NCBI GenBank assembly: GCA_963813535.1
Contig: CAWEZH010000002.1
Coordinates: 512,001-576,000 of the forward strand
Direction of reading: 5' to 3'
Length of the DNA stretch: 64,000 nt
Source of the DNA: an uncultured Chloroflexia bacterium
Lineage (GTDB): Bacteria; Chloroflexota; Limnocylindria; Limnocylindrales; CSP1-4
The notes beneath the pieces were generated by a model. It was not told the origin of the DNA, did not search any database, and worked only from the letters and a program-made list of their open reading frames with translations. Position numbers and translations under genes: made by a program. Of the stretch, positions 41,071 through 53,139 are shown piece by piece (position 1 is the first letter of the stretch; every line of letters begins with the position of its first letter).

Positions 41071-42045
41071 ATGCCGTCCGTCTCCATGCGGCAACTGCTC
41101 GAGGCCGGAGTCCACTTCGGCCACCAGACCCGCCGCTGGAACCCCAAGATGCGCCCGTACATCTTCGCGGAGCGCAACGGGATCCACATCATCGACCTTG
41201 CCCAGACGGTGCAGCGCCTCGACGTGGCGCTCGAAGCGGTGCGCGAGACCGTGGCTCGTGGCGAGCAGGTGCTGTTCGTCGGCACGAAGAAGCAAGCCCA
41301 GGAGCCCATCGTCGCCGAGGCGACACGCGCCAACCAGCCGTATGTCAACAAGCGCTGGCTCGGCGGGATGCTGACCAACTTCACGACCATCAAGAAGCGC
41401 ATCGGCCTGCTCGAGCAGCTCGAGGCCCGCCAGGGTGCCGGCGACTTCGAGCGGATGACCAAGAAGGAAGCCGCCAAGCTGACCGAGGAGATGACCAAGC
41501 TCCAGGGCACCGTGGGCGGCATGCGCAAGATGAAGCGGCTGCCCGGCGCGATCTTCGTGATCGACCCGCATCGCGAGCGCATCGCGGTGACCGAGGCCAA
41601 CAAGCTCGAGATCCCGGTGGTCGGGACGGGCGACACCAACGTCGACCCCGACGAGCTCGACTTCATCATCCCGGCAAACGACGACGCCATCCGCGCGATC
41701 CGGCTGCTCTGCACGCTCGTCGCCGAGGCCGCCATCGAGGGTGCCGAGGAGCGCGCGACCCGCGCCGTCACCGAGCCGGAGATCATCGAGCCGGCTGCGA
41801 TGGCAGACGGCGAGGAAGAAGCGCCGGGCGCCAGCGACGAGCTCGTCGCCGCCCTCGCGGGGGGTGCCGCGCTCACGTTCGAGCCGGACGCCGACGAGGA
41901 CGACCTGCTGCCGGGCGACCGAGTCGCTCGTGCCGAGGCCGCGGTGGCCGAGGCAGCGGAGGCGGCCGAGGCGACTCCCGAGGAGATCGCCGCGGAGCTC
42001 GCGCGCGAGGCGGCCGAGAAGGCCGAGACCGACAACCCGGCCTGA
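41071..42045 (+). CDS. rpsB: 30S ribosomal protein S2 with long acidic C-terminal tail
   Basis: LLEAGVHFGHQTRRWNPKM, RWLGGMLTN, IPANDDAIRAI. Confidence 0.97.
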   Translation: MPSVSMRQLLEAGVHFGHQTRRWNPKMRPYIFAERNGIHIIDLAQTVQRLDVALEAVRETVARGEQVLFVGTKKQAQEPIVAEATRANQPYVNKRWLGGMLTNFTTIKKRIGLLEQLEARQGAGDFERMTKKEAAKLTEEMTKLQGTVGGMRKMKRLPGAIFVIDPHRERIAVTEANKLEIPVVGTGDTNVDPDELDFIIPANDDAIRAIRLLCTLVAEAAIEGAEERATRAVTEPEIIEPAAMADGEEEAPGASDELVAALAGGAALTFEPDADEDDLLPGDRVARAEAAVAEAAEAAEATPEEIAAELAREAAEKAETDNPA

Positions 42046-42080
42046 TCCGATGACGGCCGCCTCGCGGCCGCCGATCAGGC
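42040..42080 (+). terminator. GC-rich hairpin between rpsB and tsf
   Basis: GCCTGATC...CGGCCGC-CTC-GCGGCCG..GATCAGGC inverted repeat with no U tail. Confidence 0.4.
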
Positions 42081-42149
42081 ACGAACGACGACCATCACTG
42101 CGGCGCCCCGAGGCGCCCGCACCTCACCAGGACAGGAGCACACCCACCC

Positions 42150-42749
42150 ATGGCGGACATCTCGGCCGAGCTGGTCAAGGAACTGCGCGACCGCACCGGT
42201 GCCGGGTTCATGGATTGCAAGAAGGCCCTCACCGAGGCCGACGGCGATCTCGAGAAGGCGACCACCATCCTCCGCGAGCGCGGCCTGGCGGCCGCGGCCA
42301 AGAAGTCGGGCCGTGAGGCTCGCGAAGGCCTGGTCTCGAGCTACATCCATACCGGCGGTCGTGTCGGCGTGCTCATCGAGGTCAATTGCGAGACGGACTT
42401 CGTCGCCCGCACGGACGAGTTCCAGCGGCTGGTCAAGGACCTCGCGGTCCAGGTCGCCGGGCTCGCGCCGCTCTATGTCGACCGCGACGCGATCCCGCCG
42501 TCCGAGGTCCAGGCCAGGAAGGCCGAGTTGCTCGCCGACGAGTCGGTGCAGAAGAAGCCCGAAAGCATCCGTGGGCAGATCGTCGAGGGCCAGCTCAACA
42601 AGTGGTATGCCCAGGTGTGCCTGGTCGACCAGCCATTCCGCGATGAGGAGCGGTCCGTGGGCGAGCTGATCACGGATCGGATCGCCACGATCGGCGAGAA
42701 CATCGTCGTCCGACGGTTCACGCGCTACGCCCTCGGGGAGGACCTGTGA
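42150..42749 (+). CDS. tsf: elongation factor Ts (short form)
   Basis: [29 protein letters not shown]. Confidence 0.97.
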   Translation: MADISAELVKELRDRTGAGFMDCKKALTEADGDLEKATTILRERGLAAAAKKSGREAREGLVSSYIHTGGRVGVLIEVNCETDFVARTDEFQRLVKDLAVQVAGLAPLYVDRDAIPPSEVQARKAELLADESVQKKPESIRGQIVEGQLNKWYAQVCLVDQPFRDEERSVGELITDRIATIGENIVVRRFTRYALGEDL

Positions 42750-43510
42750 GCGATACGGCACCCGCCATGGTGGCCGACGGCCGCGGTGTCGGGTTCCGCC
42801 GGATCCTGCTCAAGCTCTCCGGCGAGGCACTGCTGGGCGATCGGCCGTACGGTGTCGATCCCGCGTTCTGCGCGTTCATCGCGGACCAGGTGAAGCACGT
42901 CCACGATCAGGGCGTCCAGGTCGGCATCGTGGTCGGCGGTGGCAACATCTTCCGCGGTCTGGCCGCCGCGGCGCGCGGCATGGACCGTGCCACCGGCGAC
43001 TACATCGGCATGCTCGCGACGGTCATGAACGGGCTCGCGCTACAGGACGCCCTCGAGAAGGCAAGTGTCCCGACCCGGGTGATGACCGCCATCGCGATGA
43101 ACGAGGTGGCAGAGCCGTATATCCGGCGTCGTGCGATCCGTCACCTCGAGAAGGGCCGCGTCGCGATCTTCGTGGCGGGCACCGGCAATCCGTACTTCAC
43201 CACCGACACGGCTGCTGCGTTGCGGGCCGTCGAGATCAACGCCGAGGTGCTGCTCAAGGCCACCAAGGTCGATGGCGTCTACGACAAGGACCCGATGACG
43301 AACGACGGAGCCCGCAGGTACGCTCGTCTCGACTACGCCGATCTGCTGCGCGACCAGCTCAAGGTCATGGACGCGGCGGCGATCAGCCTGTGCATGGAGA
43401 ACGACCTCCCGATCATCGTCTTCGACCTCAATCAGCCCGACAACATCACGAAGGTCGCGACCGGCGAACCGGTCGGGACGCTCATCACGAGCGGAGGACC
43501 GACTGCATGA
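42746..43510 (+). CDS. pyrH: UMP kinase
   Basis: [27 protein letters not shown]. Confidence 0.97.
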   Translation: MSDTAPAMVADGRGVGFRRILLKLSGEALLGDRPYGVDPAFCAFIADQVKHVHDQGVQVGIVVGGGNIFRGLAAAARGMDRATGDYIGMLATVMNGLALQDALEKASVPTRVMTAIAMNEVAEPYIRRRAIRHLEKGRVAIFVAGTGNPYFTTDTAAALRAVEINAEVLLKATKVDGVYDKDPMTNDGARRYARLDYADLLRDQLKVMDAAAISLCMENDLPIIVFDLNQPDNITKVATGEPVGTLITSGGPTA

Positions 43511-44064
43511 GCACCGAGATCCTCACCGACGCCGATCAGAAGATGACCCGCGCGATCGACGCCATGGAGCGGGATTTCCAGGCGGTCCGGACGGGTCGTG
43601 CGTCGACCGCGCTCGTCGAGCGCATCCTGGTCGACTACTACGGCACCCAGACGCCGCTCAACCAGCTGGCCGGCATCAGCGTCCCGGAACCGCACCAGAT
43701 CGTCATCCAGCCATGGGACCGCAGCGTCCTCGGCGCCATCGAGAAGGCGATCACCAAGAGCGACATCGGACTCACGCCGAACGTCGACGGCGCCGTCGTC
43801 CGGCTGAACATCCCGCCCCTGACCGAGGAACGTCGCAAGGAGCTGGTCCGGGTCGTCCACAAGCGCATGGAGGAGGCGCGCGTCGAGATCCGGAACATCC
43901 GACGGGACGCCAACGACCACCTCAAGCGCGAGGAGCGTGACGGCGGCGTGGGCACCGACGAATCGCACCGCCAGACCGACACCCTCCAGAAGACGACCGA
44001 CCGGCACATCGCCGAGGTCGACCGGCGTGGCGCGGCCAAGGAGCAGGAGGTCCTCGAGGTCTAA
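43507..44064 (+). CDS. frr: ribosome recycling factor
   Basis: [30 protein letters not shown]. Confidence 0.97.
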   Translation: MSTEILTDADQKMTRAIDAMERDFQAVRTGRASTALVERILVDYYGTQTPLNQLAGISVPEPHQIVIQPWDRSVLGAIEKAITKSDIGLTPNVDGAVVRLNIPPLTEERRKELVRVVHKRMEEARVEIRNIRRDANDHLKREERDGGVGTDESHRQTDTLQKTTDRHIAEVDRRGAAKEQEVLEV

Positions 44065-44832
44065 GTGGCGCGCGCACCCCTCGCCCGGCCGACCGACGCT
44101 CCGCCGATCGCGCACGAGCCGGTCGAGGACGATCCGTTCCTGCCGGCCGAAGACCTGCCGCGGCACGTCGCGATCATCATGGACGGCAACCGCCGGTGGG
44201 CCCGCCTCCACGACAAGCCGGAGATCGAAGGGCACGCGGCCGGTGTCGAGGCCATCAGGGAGCTCCTCAAGCACGCTGTCCACCGTGGCGTCCCGGTCAT
44301 GACGCTGTATGCCTTCAGCCGCGAGAACTGGGCACGCTCCGACGACGAGGTGACCGGTCTGTTCGGTCTGCTCGAGGCGGCGGTCCGGAGCGAGACCGAT
44401 GAACTGCGCAGGCAGGGCGTCCAGGTCCGCCTGCTCGGTCGGCTCGATGAGCTGCCCGAGGCGACCCGCCAGTCGATCGGCGAGGCCCTCGATGCCACGG
44501 CCAGCGGCGAGCGGATGACCCTCAACATCGCCTTCAACTACGCCGGTCGGACCGAGCTCGTCGACGCGGTCCGGCGGCTGGTCGCCGCCGGTACGACGCC
44601 CGAGTCCATCGATGAGGCCACCGTCGGGGCCGCCCTGTACACGGCCGGCCTGCCCGACCCCGATCTCGTGATCCGGACCGGTGGTGAGCAGCGCCTCTCG
44701 AACTTCCTCATCTGGCAGTCGGCGTACGCGGAGTTCTACTTCTGCGACGACCTGTGGCCCGATTTCGGGGCTTCGGCGTTCGACCAGGCGCTGCTCGAGT
44801 TCGCCCGCCGGCATCGCCGCTTCGGGCGGTAG
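44065..44832 (+). CDS. uppS: undecaprenyl diphosphate synthase
   Basis: HVAIIMDGNRRWA, YAFSRENW, RTGGEQRLSNFL. Confidence 0.96.
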   Translation: MARAPLARPTDAPPIAHEPVEDDPFLPAEDLPRHVAIIMDGNRRWARLHDKPEIEGHAAGVEAIRELLKHAVHRGVPVMTLYAFSRENWARSDDEVTGLFGLLEAAVRSETDELRRQGVQVRLLGRLDELPEATRQSIGEALDATASGERMTLNIAFNYAGRTELVDAVRRLVAAGTTPESIDEATVGAALYTAGLPDPDLVIRTGGEQRLSNFLIWQSAYAEFYFCDDLWPDFGASAFDQALLEFARRHRRFGR

Positions 44833-44838
44833 GCCGGA

Positions 44839-45666
44839 GTGCGCCAGCGCGCGACCAGCGCCGCCCTCCTGGTCCCGCTGCTCCTCATCGTCATCGCGCT
44901 CGGTGGCATCGCGCTGTCGGTCGCCATCGCCGCGATCACGCTTCTCGCAGCTCGCGAGGTGTTCGCCCTGCTACGCACGGCAGGTCAGCCGGCGCTCTCG
45001 ATCCTCGGTTCGGCACTCGCCGTCAGCGTCGTCCTCGACGCGGCGTTCCCGGAGGTGCTCGAGGGGAGCGGGTTGTTGCTCATCGCCATCGGGGTCGTCC
45101 TGACGGCGGTCGCGGCGTTCACCCGGCCCGACCCGCGCGATGGCCTTGCCACCTGGATGGCGACCGTCTTCGGGGCGCTCTACGTCAGCTTGCTTGCGTT
45201 CGTCGTCCGCCTCGGGCACGCAGGACCGCCGATCCCCGATGGCGCCCCGCTCGAGATCCTCGGACCGGAGCGCGGCTGGATCGTGCTGCTGATCCTGGCC
45301 GTGTGGTCCTACGACACCGGCGCGTACCTGGCCGGCAAGCGCTTCGGGCGCGAGCGGTTCCTGAGCCATATCTCGCCCTCGAAGACCTATGCCGGGCTGA
45401 TCGGTGGCGTCATCGCGACCACGATCGTGGTCGGACTGCTGCTGTTCGGGCTCGGCCAGCCGCCTGTGCATGCGCTCCTGCTCGGTCCGCTGACGGCCCT
45501 CGCGGCACAGGCCGGTGACCTGGCGGAATCGATGCTCAAGCGTGCCGCGAACGCCAAGGATTCCGGCACGTTGATCCCGGGCCACGGCGGGATGCTGGAC
45601 CGCGTCGATTCGTTCCTCTTCGCCGCTCCCGTCGTGACGTTGTATGTCGTCGCCCTCATCGCCTGA
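44839..45666 (+). CDS. cdsA: phosphatidate cytidylyltransferase
   Basis: [38 protein letters not shown]. Confidence 0.96.
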   Translation: MRQRATSAALLVPLLLIVIALGGIALSVAIAAITLLAAREVFALLRTAGQPALSILGSALAVSVVLDAAFPEVLEGSGLLLIAIGVVLTAVAAFTRPDPRDGLATWMATVFGALYVSLLAFVVRLGHAGPPIPDGAPLEILGPERGWIVLLILAVWSYDTGAYLAGKRFGRERFLSHISPSKTYAGLIGGVIATTIVVGLLLFGLGQPPVHALLLGPLTALAAQAGDLAESMLKRAANAKDSGTLIPGHGGMLDRVDSFLFAAPVVTLYVVALIA

Positions 45667-46819
45667 GCCCCGCGGCGTCGTGCTCCTCGGATCGACGGGC
45701 TCCATCGGGAGCCAGGCCGTCGAGGTGCTGGCGGCGCATCCGGAGCTGTTTCGCGTCGTCGCCCTGGCCACCGGCTCCAACCAGAGGGCGCTCGACGAGC
45801 AAGTCACGCGACTCCGACCGGCCGTCGCGACCGTGGCGCCGTCCGACACGACCCTCGTCGAACTGGCCACACGGGACGACGTGGATCTCGTCGTGGTCGC
45901 GACCGGCGGCATCGTCAGCCTGCGTCCGGTCATGGCCGCGCTCCAGGCTGGCAAGGTCGTCGCGACGGCGAACAAGGAGACGCTGGTGGCCGGCGGTCAC
46001 CTCGTGATGCCCGAAGCGCGGCGCCTGGCCGCCGCGGTCGCTGCGGATCGGCCGATGGATCCGTTCGCCAGCCCGCTGGCCTGGCTCCGGCCGATCGACT
46101 CGGAGCACTCCGCGTTGTGGCAGTGCCTGCTGGGCGAATCGATGGCGTCCGTGGCCGCCTTGATCCTCACTGCCTCCGGTGGGCCCTTCCTCAGCGCCGG
46201 CCTCGATGAGCTTGCCCTGGTGACGCCCGACCAGGCGCTCCGCCACCCGACCTGGTCGATGGGCGCCAAGATCACCATCGACTCCGCCACGCTCGCGAAC
46301 AAGGGGCTGGAGGTCATCGAAGCCCACTGGCTGTACGATGTCGACTACGACGCGATCGAGGTGGTCATCCATCCGCAGAGCGTCGTCCACTCCGCCGTCC
46401 GCTTCGTCGACGGCTCCCTCAAGGCCCAGATGGGCACCCCCGATATGCGACTACCGATCCAGTACGCCATGACCTATCCGCACCGGCGCCCCTCGCCGGC
46501 CTCGCCGCCAGACCTCATCGCCACGGCGCGCCTCGACTTCCGCGAGCCGGATGTCGGGCGGTTCCCTGCACTCCGCATCGCCCGCGATGCGGGGATGGCG
46601 GGCCCATGGGCATCGGCCGCATTGATCGCCGCCGACGATGTCGCGGTCGCGCGGTTCCTCGAGGGGTCACTCGACTTCCTCGGCATCCCACGGTTGCTCG
46701 AGACCGCCGTCGAGCGTTTCGGCGCCGGACCCGGTGAGCCCGACGTCGACGCGCTGATCGCTCTCGATGCCGACATCCGGGCGACGTACGCGAGCGGCGC
46801 GATCGGAGACACGGTATGA
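45644..46819 (+). CDS. dxr: 1-deoxy-D-xylulose 5-phosphate reductoisomerase
   Basis: [42 protein letters not shown]. Confidence 0.96.
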   Translation: MSSPSSPEPRGVVLLGSTGSIGSQAVEVLAAHPELFRVVALATGSNQRALDEQVTRLRPAVATVAPSDTTLVELATRDDVDLVVVATGGIVSLRPVMAALQAGKVVATANKETLVAGGHLVMPEARRLAAAVAADRPMDPFASPLAWLRPIDSEHSALWQCLLGESMASVAALILTASGGPFLSAGLDELALVTPDQALRHPTWSMGAKITIDSATLANKGLEVIEAHWLYDVDYDAIEVVIHPQSVVHSAVRFVDGSLKAQMGTPDMRLPIQYAMTYPHRRPSPASPPDLIATARLDFREPDVGRFPALRIARDAGMAGPWASAALIAADDVAVARFLEGSLDFLGIPRLLETAVERFGAGPGEPDVDALIALDADIRATYASGAIGDTV

Positions 46820-47925
46820 CCGAGTTCCTGCAGACCGTGGTCACGATCGTCCTCTTCTTCGGCATCCTCGGCACGCTGGTGGTGATCCATGAGCTCGGGC
46901 ACTTCCTCGCCGCTCGGCTGGCGGGTGTCCGCGTCCTCGAGTTCGGGGTCGGCTTCCCGCCGCGCGCCAAGGTGCTGCGCTCGAAGGGCGAGACCCTCTA
47001 CACCCTCAACTGGCTGCCCATCGGCGGCTTCGTGAAGCTCGAAGGGGAAGACGGTGACCACGCGGGCGACCCGCGGGCGTTCTCGTCGAAGAGCCTGCCG
47101 GTCCGGCTGTTCATCCTGGTCTCCGGCGTCGTGATGAACATCCTGCTGGCGTTCGCCATCTTCACCGCCATCGTCTGGCTTGCGTCGCCACACGTCGGGG
47201 CGACATTCGAGGAGGTCCAGCCGGATTCGCCGGCTGCGGCGGCCGGCATCCAGCCCGGCGAGACCATCGTGGCCATCAACGGCGAGCGCTTCCAGGTCTT
47301 CGTCGGCCAGGACATCGTCGACGTGCTGCGCGCGAACGCCGGGCAGGCGGTCGCGATGACGATCGTCGGGACGAGCGGCGCCACGCGCGACGTGCAGGTC
47401 ACGCTGCGTGATCCGTCGGAGATCGACGCCAACCACGGTGCCCTCGGCATCGCCGGGATCGAGTACGCGTACGACGGCTCGACGGCGACCAACGACCTTG
47501 GGACCGCCATCGCTGTCGGGGCACAGCAGACGGTCCGTTGGATGGGTCTTATCGTCGGTGGCCTCGGCTCCTTGGTGAATGCCATCGTCACGGACCCGAC
47601 GGCCGCGCCGCCCGTGTCGGGCCCGATCGGCATCGCGACGCAGATCGGCGATGTGTTCTTCACCGCCGGGCCGATCTTCACGTTGTTCGTGGCGGGCATC
47701 CTGTCGGCCAACCTGGCCGTCGTGAACATCCTGCCCTTCCCCCCGCTCGATGGTGGCCGGATGCTGATGATCACACTCAAGCGGGTCTTCGGGACGCGGA
47801 TCAGCGTGCGAGCCGAGCAGCTGACCTACCTGGTCGGATTCGTGTTCCTCTTCGCGTTCATCATCTGGGTGTCCGGCTTCGACATCATCCGGAGCCTGGG
47901 TGGAGCGCCGCCACCGGCCCCATGA
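46816..47925 (+). CDS. rseP: M50 intramembrane zinc metalloprotease with PDZ domain
   Basis: [34 protein letters not shown]. Confidence 0.94.
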   Translation: MTEFLQTVVTIVLFFGILGTLVVIHELGHFLAARLAGVRVLEFGVGFPPRAKVLRSKGETLYTLNWLPIGGFVKLEGEDGDHAGDPRAFSSKSLPVRLFILVSGVVMNILLAFAIFTAIVWLASPHVGATFEEVQPDSPAAAAGIQPGETIVAINGERFQVFVGQDIVDVLRANAGQAVAMTIVGTSGATRDVQVTLRDPSEIDANHGALGIAGIEYAYDGSTATNDLGTAIAVGAQQTVRWMGLIVGGLGSLVNAIVTDPTAAPPVSGPIGIATQIGDVFFTAGPIFTLFVAGILSANLAVVNILPFPPLDGGRMLMITLKRVFGTRISVRAEQLTYLVGFVFLFAFIIWVSGFDIIRSLGGAPPPAP

Positions 47926-49157
47926 GCGTCGCGCCCGAGGCCGCCACCGGTCGACGACGCACCGTCACGGTCGACGTCGCGGGGGTGCCCGTCGGCGGTG
48001 GCCACCCGATCGTCGTCCAGTCGATGACCAACACCGACACGGCCGATCCCGACGCGACGGCCATCCAGGTCGCCCGGCTCGCCCATGCCGGTTCCGAGCT
48101 CGTCCGGGTCACCGTGAACACCGAGGAGGCGGCCGCAGCCGTCCCGGAGATGGTGCGCAAGGTGCGTGGGCTCGGTGTCGACGTGCCGATCATCGGCGAC
48201 TTCCACTACAACGGGCACAAGCTCCTCGTGGAGTTTCCCGAGACGGCGGCCGCCCTCGCGAAGTACCGCATCAACCCGGGCAACGTCGGCGCCAAGCGCC
48301 ATGACGAGCACTTCGCGACGATCGTCAAGGTCGCCATCGACAACGACAAGCCGGTCCGCATCGGGGTCAACTGGGGGTCGCTCGATCAGGCGATCCTGAC
48401 CGAGCTCATGGACGCGAACGCCCGCCTCGCGGAGCCGCGCGATTCGCGCGACGTGATGATCGACGCGATGCTCGAGTCGGCGCTGCGTTCCGCGGAACTG
48501 GCCGAGGCGACCGGGCTCGGACACGACCGCATCATCATCAGCGCGAAGGTCAGCGGCGTGCGTGACCTCGTCGATGTCTACCGGCTGCTCGCGGCCCGCT
48601 GTGATTTCCCGTTGCACCTCGGTCTGACCGAGGCCGGCATGGGCGACAAGGGCATCGTCGCCTCGACCGCCGGGCTGGCGATCCTCCTGAACGAGGGCAT
48701 CGGCGACACGATCCGGGTCTCGCTGACGCCGGAACCGGGCGCACCGCGCGAGCGCGAGGTCGAGGTCGCCCAGCAGGTCCTGCAGTCGATGGGCTTTCGC
48801 TCATTCCTGCCCCAGGTCTCCGCGTGTCCCGGCTGCGGGCGGACGACGTCGACGTTCTTCCAGGAGATGGCGCAGCAGATCCAGGCCTACCTGAAGGACC
48901 GGATGCCGGAATGGAAGGAGAGCCACCCCGGCGCCGAGGACCTGCGGGTCGCGGTCATGGGCTGCGTGGTGAACGGGCCCGGTGAGTCGAAGCACGCCGA
49001 TATCGGCATCAGCCTGCCGGGCACGTTCGAGGAGCCGGTCGCGCCCGTCTTCATCGACGGTCGCCTCGATCGCACGCTCCGCGGCGACGGCCTCGTGCGC
49101 GAATTCATCGACATCCTCGAGGACTACGTCGCCCGTCGATTCCCGACGCCCGTTTGA
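47922..49157 (+). CDS. ispG: 4-hydroxy-3-methylbut-2-en-1-yl diphosphate synthase
   Basis: [46 protein letters not shown]. Confidence 0.96.
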   Translation: MSVAPEAATGRRRTVTVDVAGVPVGGGHPIVVQSMTNTDTADPDATAIQVARLAHAGSELVRVTVNTEEAAAAVPEMVRKVRGLGVDVPIIGDFHYNGHKLLVEFPETAAALAKYRINPGNVGAKRHDEHFATIVKVAIDNDKPVRIGVNWGSLDQAILTELMDANARLAEPRDSRDVMIDAMLESALRSAELAEATGLGHDRIIISAKVSGVRDLVDVYRLLAARCDFPLHLGLTEAGMGDKGIVASTAGLAILLNEGIGDTIRVSLTPEPGAPREREVEVAQQVLQSMGFRSFLPQVSACPGCGRTTSTFFQEMAQQIQAYLKDRMPEWKESHPGAEDLRVAVMGCVVNGPGESKHADIGISLPGTFEEPVAPVFIDGRLDRTLRGDGLVREFIDILEDYVARRFPTPV

Positions 49158-49177
49158 GGGGTCCACCCGTCCGGGTG

Positions 49178-49236
49178 TATAGTTCGTGCAACTGAACGGC
49201 CGCTCCGTTACGTGGGTGACCCCCACGTATTTTTTT
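49178..49236 (+). promoter_or_regulatory. nusA operon promoter (TATAGT) followed by a leader terminator/attenuator hairpin
   Basis: TATAGT at 49178-49183; TACGTGGG-TGACC-CCCACGTA-T7 at 49209-49236. Confidence 0.7.
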
Positions 49237-49279
49237 CGGACCGGTCGTTGCTTGGGTTGTGCGTGAGAAGGAGGCGATG

Positions 49280-50761
49280 ATGAGTCGAGACTTCGTTGGC
49301 GCCCTCCTTCAACTGAACGCCGAGAAGCAGGTTTCGCGAGAGCAGCTCATCGGAGCGGTCGAGGACGGCATCCAGTCGGCCTACCGGCGCGTCGCGGGTG
49401 ACGAGGACATCCACGTCCGGATCGATGCCGAGTCAGGTCGGATCCGCGTCTTCCGTGCGCGCCTGGTCGTCGAGGAGATCGAGGACGAGCTGACGCAGAT
49501 CACGGTCGACGACGCTCGCAAGCACGACCCCAACGCCAAGCCGGGTGACATGGTCGAGACCGAGCAGCTCGACGGCGACGTGTTCGGGCGCATCGGCGCC
49601 CAGACCGCCAAGCAGATCGTCCTCCAGCGCATCCGCGAGGTCGAGCGGGACCAGGTCTTCGACCAGTTCGCGAGCCGCGAGGGCGAGTTGATCACGGGCA
49701 CCGTCAACCGCGTCGAACCGCGCGCGATCATCCTCGACGTCGGCAAGAACACCGAGGCCATCCTCGCCACCACCGAGCAGAGCGCGTTGGAGCACTACCG
49801 CATCGGCCAGAACGTCAAGGCGTTCGTGCTCGAGGTCCGGCGCTCCGTGCGTGGGCCGCAGATCTTCGTGAGCCGGACCCACAAGGGCTTCCTCCGCCGC
49901 CTGTTCGAGCTGGAGGTGCCCGAGATCCACAGCGGGACCGTCGAGATCAAGGCCATCGCCCGTGAGGCCGGCAGCCGCTCGAAGGTGGCCGTGAACTCCC
50001 GACAGGATGGGCTCGACCCGGTCGGCGCGACCGTCGGCCAGCGTGGCGCGCGCGTCCAGGCCGTCGTGGCCGAGCTCGCCGGCGAGAAGATCGACGTGAT
50101 CCCGTGGAACGACGATCCGGCGGTGTTTGTGGCGAACGCCCTGAGCCCCGCGCAGGTGCTGTCCGTCGACATCGACGAGGAGAAGCGGATCGCCTCGGTC
50201 ACCGTCCCCGAGCGCATGCTGTCGCTGGCCATCGGCCGCGAAGGCCAGAACGCCCGCCTGGCGGCACGGCTGACCGGCTGGCGGATCGATATCCGAAGCG
50301 ACGTCTCCGTCGCCGAGGCCAAGGCGGCCGCCGAATCGGAGGCTGCCCAGGGCGACGCGGTCGCCGCAGACTCCGGCGAGACCCCGGCTGAAGCCCCCGG
50401 CACCGCTGCCGAGCAACCCGCCGCAACGGCAGGGGAGACGACGGACGTCTCCGCAGCGCCAGCCAAACCCAAGCGCACGACCAAGAAGGCGGCTGCCGCA
50501 GCGGCTCAGGACACCGCGGCGAAGTCGGAGACCGAGGCCGCTACGAAGGCGCCCGCCAAGCCCAAGCGGACGACCAACAAGACGGCGGCAGCGGACGCGA
50601 AGAACGGCGTCGAGACGGCCGCGGACGCCGACGACACGGCAACCGCCCCAGCAAAGCCCAAGCGAGCGACGAAGAAGGCGACAGCCGCCGCGACGACGGA
50701 CGGCAGCGATACGCCGGCCGAGGTAGCGGTCGCGGAGCCCACCGAGGAGGTGGCGACGTAG
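49280..50761 (+). CDS. nusA: transcription termination/antitermination factor NusA with repetitive C-terminal tail
   Basis: FGRIGAQTAKQ, S1 domain, LFELEVPEI, AREAGSRSK, LAIGREGQNARLA. Confidence 0.96.
   Translation: MSRDFVGALLQLNAEKQVSREQLIGAVEDGIQSAYRRVAGDEDIHVRIDAESGRIRVFRARLVVEEIEDELTQITVDDARKHDPNAKPGDMVETEQLDGDVFGRIGAQTAKQIVLQRIREVERDQVFDQFASREGELITGTVNRVEPRAIILDVGKNTEAILATTEQSALEHYRIGQNVKAFVLEVRRSVRGPQIFVSRTHKGFLRRLFELEVPEIHSGTVEIKAIAREAGSRSKVAVNSRQDGLDPVGATVGQRGARVQAVVAELAGEKIDVIPWNDDPAVFVANALSPAQVLSVDIDEEKRIASVTVPERMLSLAIGREGQNARLAARLTGWRIDIRSDVSVAEAKAAAESEAAQGDAVAADSGETPAEAPGTAAEQPAATAGETTDVSAAPAKPKRTTKKAAAAAAQDTAAKSETEAATKAPAKPKRTTNKTAAADAKNGVETAADADDTATAPAKPKRATKKATAAATTDGSDTPAEVAVAEPTEEVAT
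50455..50690 (+). repeat. three imperfect coding repeats APAKPKR(T/A)T(K/N)K in the NusA tail
   Basis: Copies near 50456, 50549 and 50645. Confidence 0.8.
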
Positions 50762-51081
50762 CCGCGGCCAGGCCGAACGCCACGCCGACGGCACCACGCC
50801 GCGTCCCGACACGGACGTGCGTGGCCTGTCGGACGCCGCGTGCCAAGCGTGACCTGCGGCGCGTCGTGCGGACGCCGACGGGGGACGTCACGTTCGACGC
50901 CACGGGGCGACTCGCCGGGCGAGGCGCCTACGTGTGCCAGGACGGCGACTGCCTGTCGAATGCCATCAAGAAGGGCGCCCTTAGCCGGGCGCTCGAGATC
51001 CCGCTCCCAGCGACGTTCCTTGCGAGCGTCGATCCGGGAGCCATCCCCACGCTGACCACCGAAGGAGGAGCCCGTGGCTAG
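50758..51081 (+). CDS. ylxR: YlxR/DUF448 RNA-binding protein; probable GTA start
   Basis: RRVPTRTCVACR...K.DL.RVVR...GRGAYVC; the conserved P.RTC lies upstream of the first GTG (50821). Confidence 0.85.
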   Translation, partial: VAAARPNATPTAPRRVPTRTCVACRTPRAKRDLRRVVRTPTGDVTFDATGRLAGRGAYVCQDGDCLSNAIKKGALSRALEIPLPATFLASVDPGAIPTLTTEGGARG

Positions 51082-52981
51082 GAGTAGGAGCGGTACCCGC
51101 GGCCGACGCGGGCCCCGCAAGCCACCGCGTCGAGACAACGCGTTCGCATCGCAAGTCCAGGTCGTCGATCCCCGCGAACGCGGAGCGATCGAGCTGCCCG
51201 GCACCATCACCGTCAAGGAGCTCGCCGACCTGCTCGCGGTCAACGTCGCCGACGTGATCCGTGAGCTGATCAAGAGCGGGATCTTCGCGACGATCAATCA
51301 GCTGATCGACCGTGACACGGCGTCGCTCGTGGCGTCCGAGCTCGGCTACGAGGTCGCGGAGACCGTCGCGGCATCGACGAACGGGACCGGGCCCGACACC
51401 GAGACCGACGGTGCAGCGCCTGAGGCCGCCAAGGAGGTCCTCTTCGAGGAGGACGATCCCAAGCAGCTCCAGCCGCGGGCCCCGATCGTGACCGTCATGG
51501 GTCACGTCGACCACGGCAAGACGAGCCTGCTCGACGCCCTCCGCTCGACGGAAGTCGCGGCCGGCGAGCGCGGCGGTATCACCCAGCACATCGGTGCGTC
51601 CGAGGTGGTCCACGACGGCAAGCGCGTGGTGTTCCTCGACACCCCGGGTCACGAGGCGTTCACGGCCATGCGGGCTCGTGGTGCGCGCGTCACGGATATC
51701 GCGATCATCGTGGTCGCGGCTGACGACGGCGTGATGCCCCAGACCCTGGAGGCCATCAGCCACGCGAAGGCGGCCAAAGTCCCGATCATCATCGCGCTCA
51801 ACAAGATCGACAAGCCCGACGCGGACGCGACCCGGGTCAAGACCGAGCTGACCGAGGCCGGGATCGTCATCGAGGAGTACGGCGGCGAGGTGCCGCTCGT
51901 CGCGGTCTCGGCCAAGAGCGGTCAGGGCCTCGACGAGCTCATCGAGATGGTCCTGCTCGTCTCCGACCTGCAGGAGCTCACGGCCAATCCGGATCGCCCG
52001 GCGATCGGGACGATCGTCGAAGCGCAGCTCGAGAAGAACCGCGGCGCCATCGCGACCGCGCTGATCCAGACAGGCACGCTCAACGTCGGCGACATCATCG
52101 TCGTCGGGGAGACGTTCGGTCGGGTGCGCGCACTCGAGAACGACCGTGGCAAGCGGGTCAAGCATGCCGGCCCGGCGAGTGCCGTCGTGGTCCTCGGCCT
52201 GTCCGAGGTGCCCGAGGCCGGCGACATCCTGCGGGTCGTCGCCGACGACAAGGCCGCTCGCACGGCCGTCGAGCAGCGCAAGGCCGAAGTCGCCGCGAAG
52301 GGCGGCGACGGCAGCGGTCGCGCCACCCTCGAAGACCTCTACCGGCAGATCCAGGCCGGCCAGGCCAAGGAGCTCCGGATCATCCTCAAGGCCGACGTCT
52401 CCGGATCGATGGGTGCCATCACCCACGCCCTGGAGCAGCTCGATCAGGACGAGGTCCGGATCAACGTCCTGCACGAGGCGGCCGGTGACATCACCGACAA
52501 CGACATCATGCTCGCAGCCGCGTCGGACGCGATCGTGGTCGGCTTCAGTACGTCGATCACCGACACGGCACGTCGTGCCGCCGAGGCCGAAGGCGTCGAT
52601 GTCCGCCTCTACGACATCATCTACAAGCTCACCGACGACATCGATGCGGCGCTCAAGGGCCTCCTCGAGCCGGAGGAAGTGGAGGTCGTCGAGGGTCGCG
52701 CCGAGGTGCGCCAGGTCATCCGCGTCGGCAAGAACACGGTGATCGCCGGCTCGTACGTCACCGACGGGCGGATCGTCCGCGGTGGTGCACGGGTCTGGCG
52801 CGGTGGCAAGGTCATCGCGACCGACCGGATCGAGTCGCTGCGCCGCTTCCGCGACGACGTTCGCGAGGTGCAGGTGAACTACGAATGCGGCATCGGCCTC
52901 GCGTCCTTTACGGATCTCGAAGAGGGTGACGTCATCGAGTGCTTCACCACCCAGACCGTCAGTCGCATCGCAACGGCCTAG
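51074..52981 (+). CDS. infB: translation initiation factor IF-2
   Basis: [34 protein letters not shown]. Confidence 0.98.
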   Translation: MARSRSGTRGRRGPRKPPRRDNAFASQVQVVDPRERGAIELPGTITVKELADLLAVNVADVIRELIKSGIFATINQLIDRDTASLVASELGYEVAETVAASTNGTGPDTETDGAAPEAAKEVLFEEDDPKQLQPRAPIVTVMGHVDHGKTSLLDALRSTEVAAGERGGITQHIGASEVVHDGKRVVFLDTPGHEAFTAMRARGARVTDIAIIVVAADDGVMPQTLEAISHAKAAKVPIIIALNKIDKPDADATRVKTELTEAGIVIEEYGGEVPLVAVSAKSGQGLDELIEMVLLVSDLQELTANPDRPAIGTIVEAQLEKNRGAIATALIQTGTLNVGDIIVVGETFGRVRALENDRGKRVKHAGPASAVVVLGLSEVPEAGDILRVVADDKAARTAVEQRKAEVAAKGGDGSGRATLEDLYRQIQAGQAKELRIILKADVSGSMGAITHALEQLDQDEVRINVLHEAAGDITDNDIMLAAASDAIVVGFSTSITDTARRAAEAEGVDVRLYDIIYKLTDDIDAALKGLLEPEEVEVVEGRAEVRQVIRVGKNTVIAGSYVTDGRIVRGGARVWRGGKVIATDRIESLRRFRDDVREVQVNYECGIGLASFTDLEEGDVIECFTTQTVSRIATA

Positions 52982-53139
52982 GCTACGGCCACTCGACCGA
53001 TGTCTGAACTGCCTTGCCGCCCCGCGGGCGGCCGAGGCCAAGGCGCCGATGAGCACCGGAGCGAGCGCACTTCGAAGTGCGTGAGCGACGGCGCGCAGTC
53101 GGCAACGCCGGCATCGGGCGCTCGCGTGGCGGCCGACGT

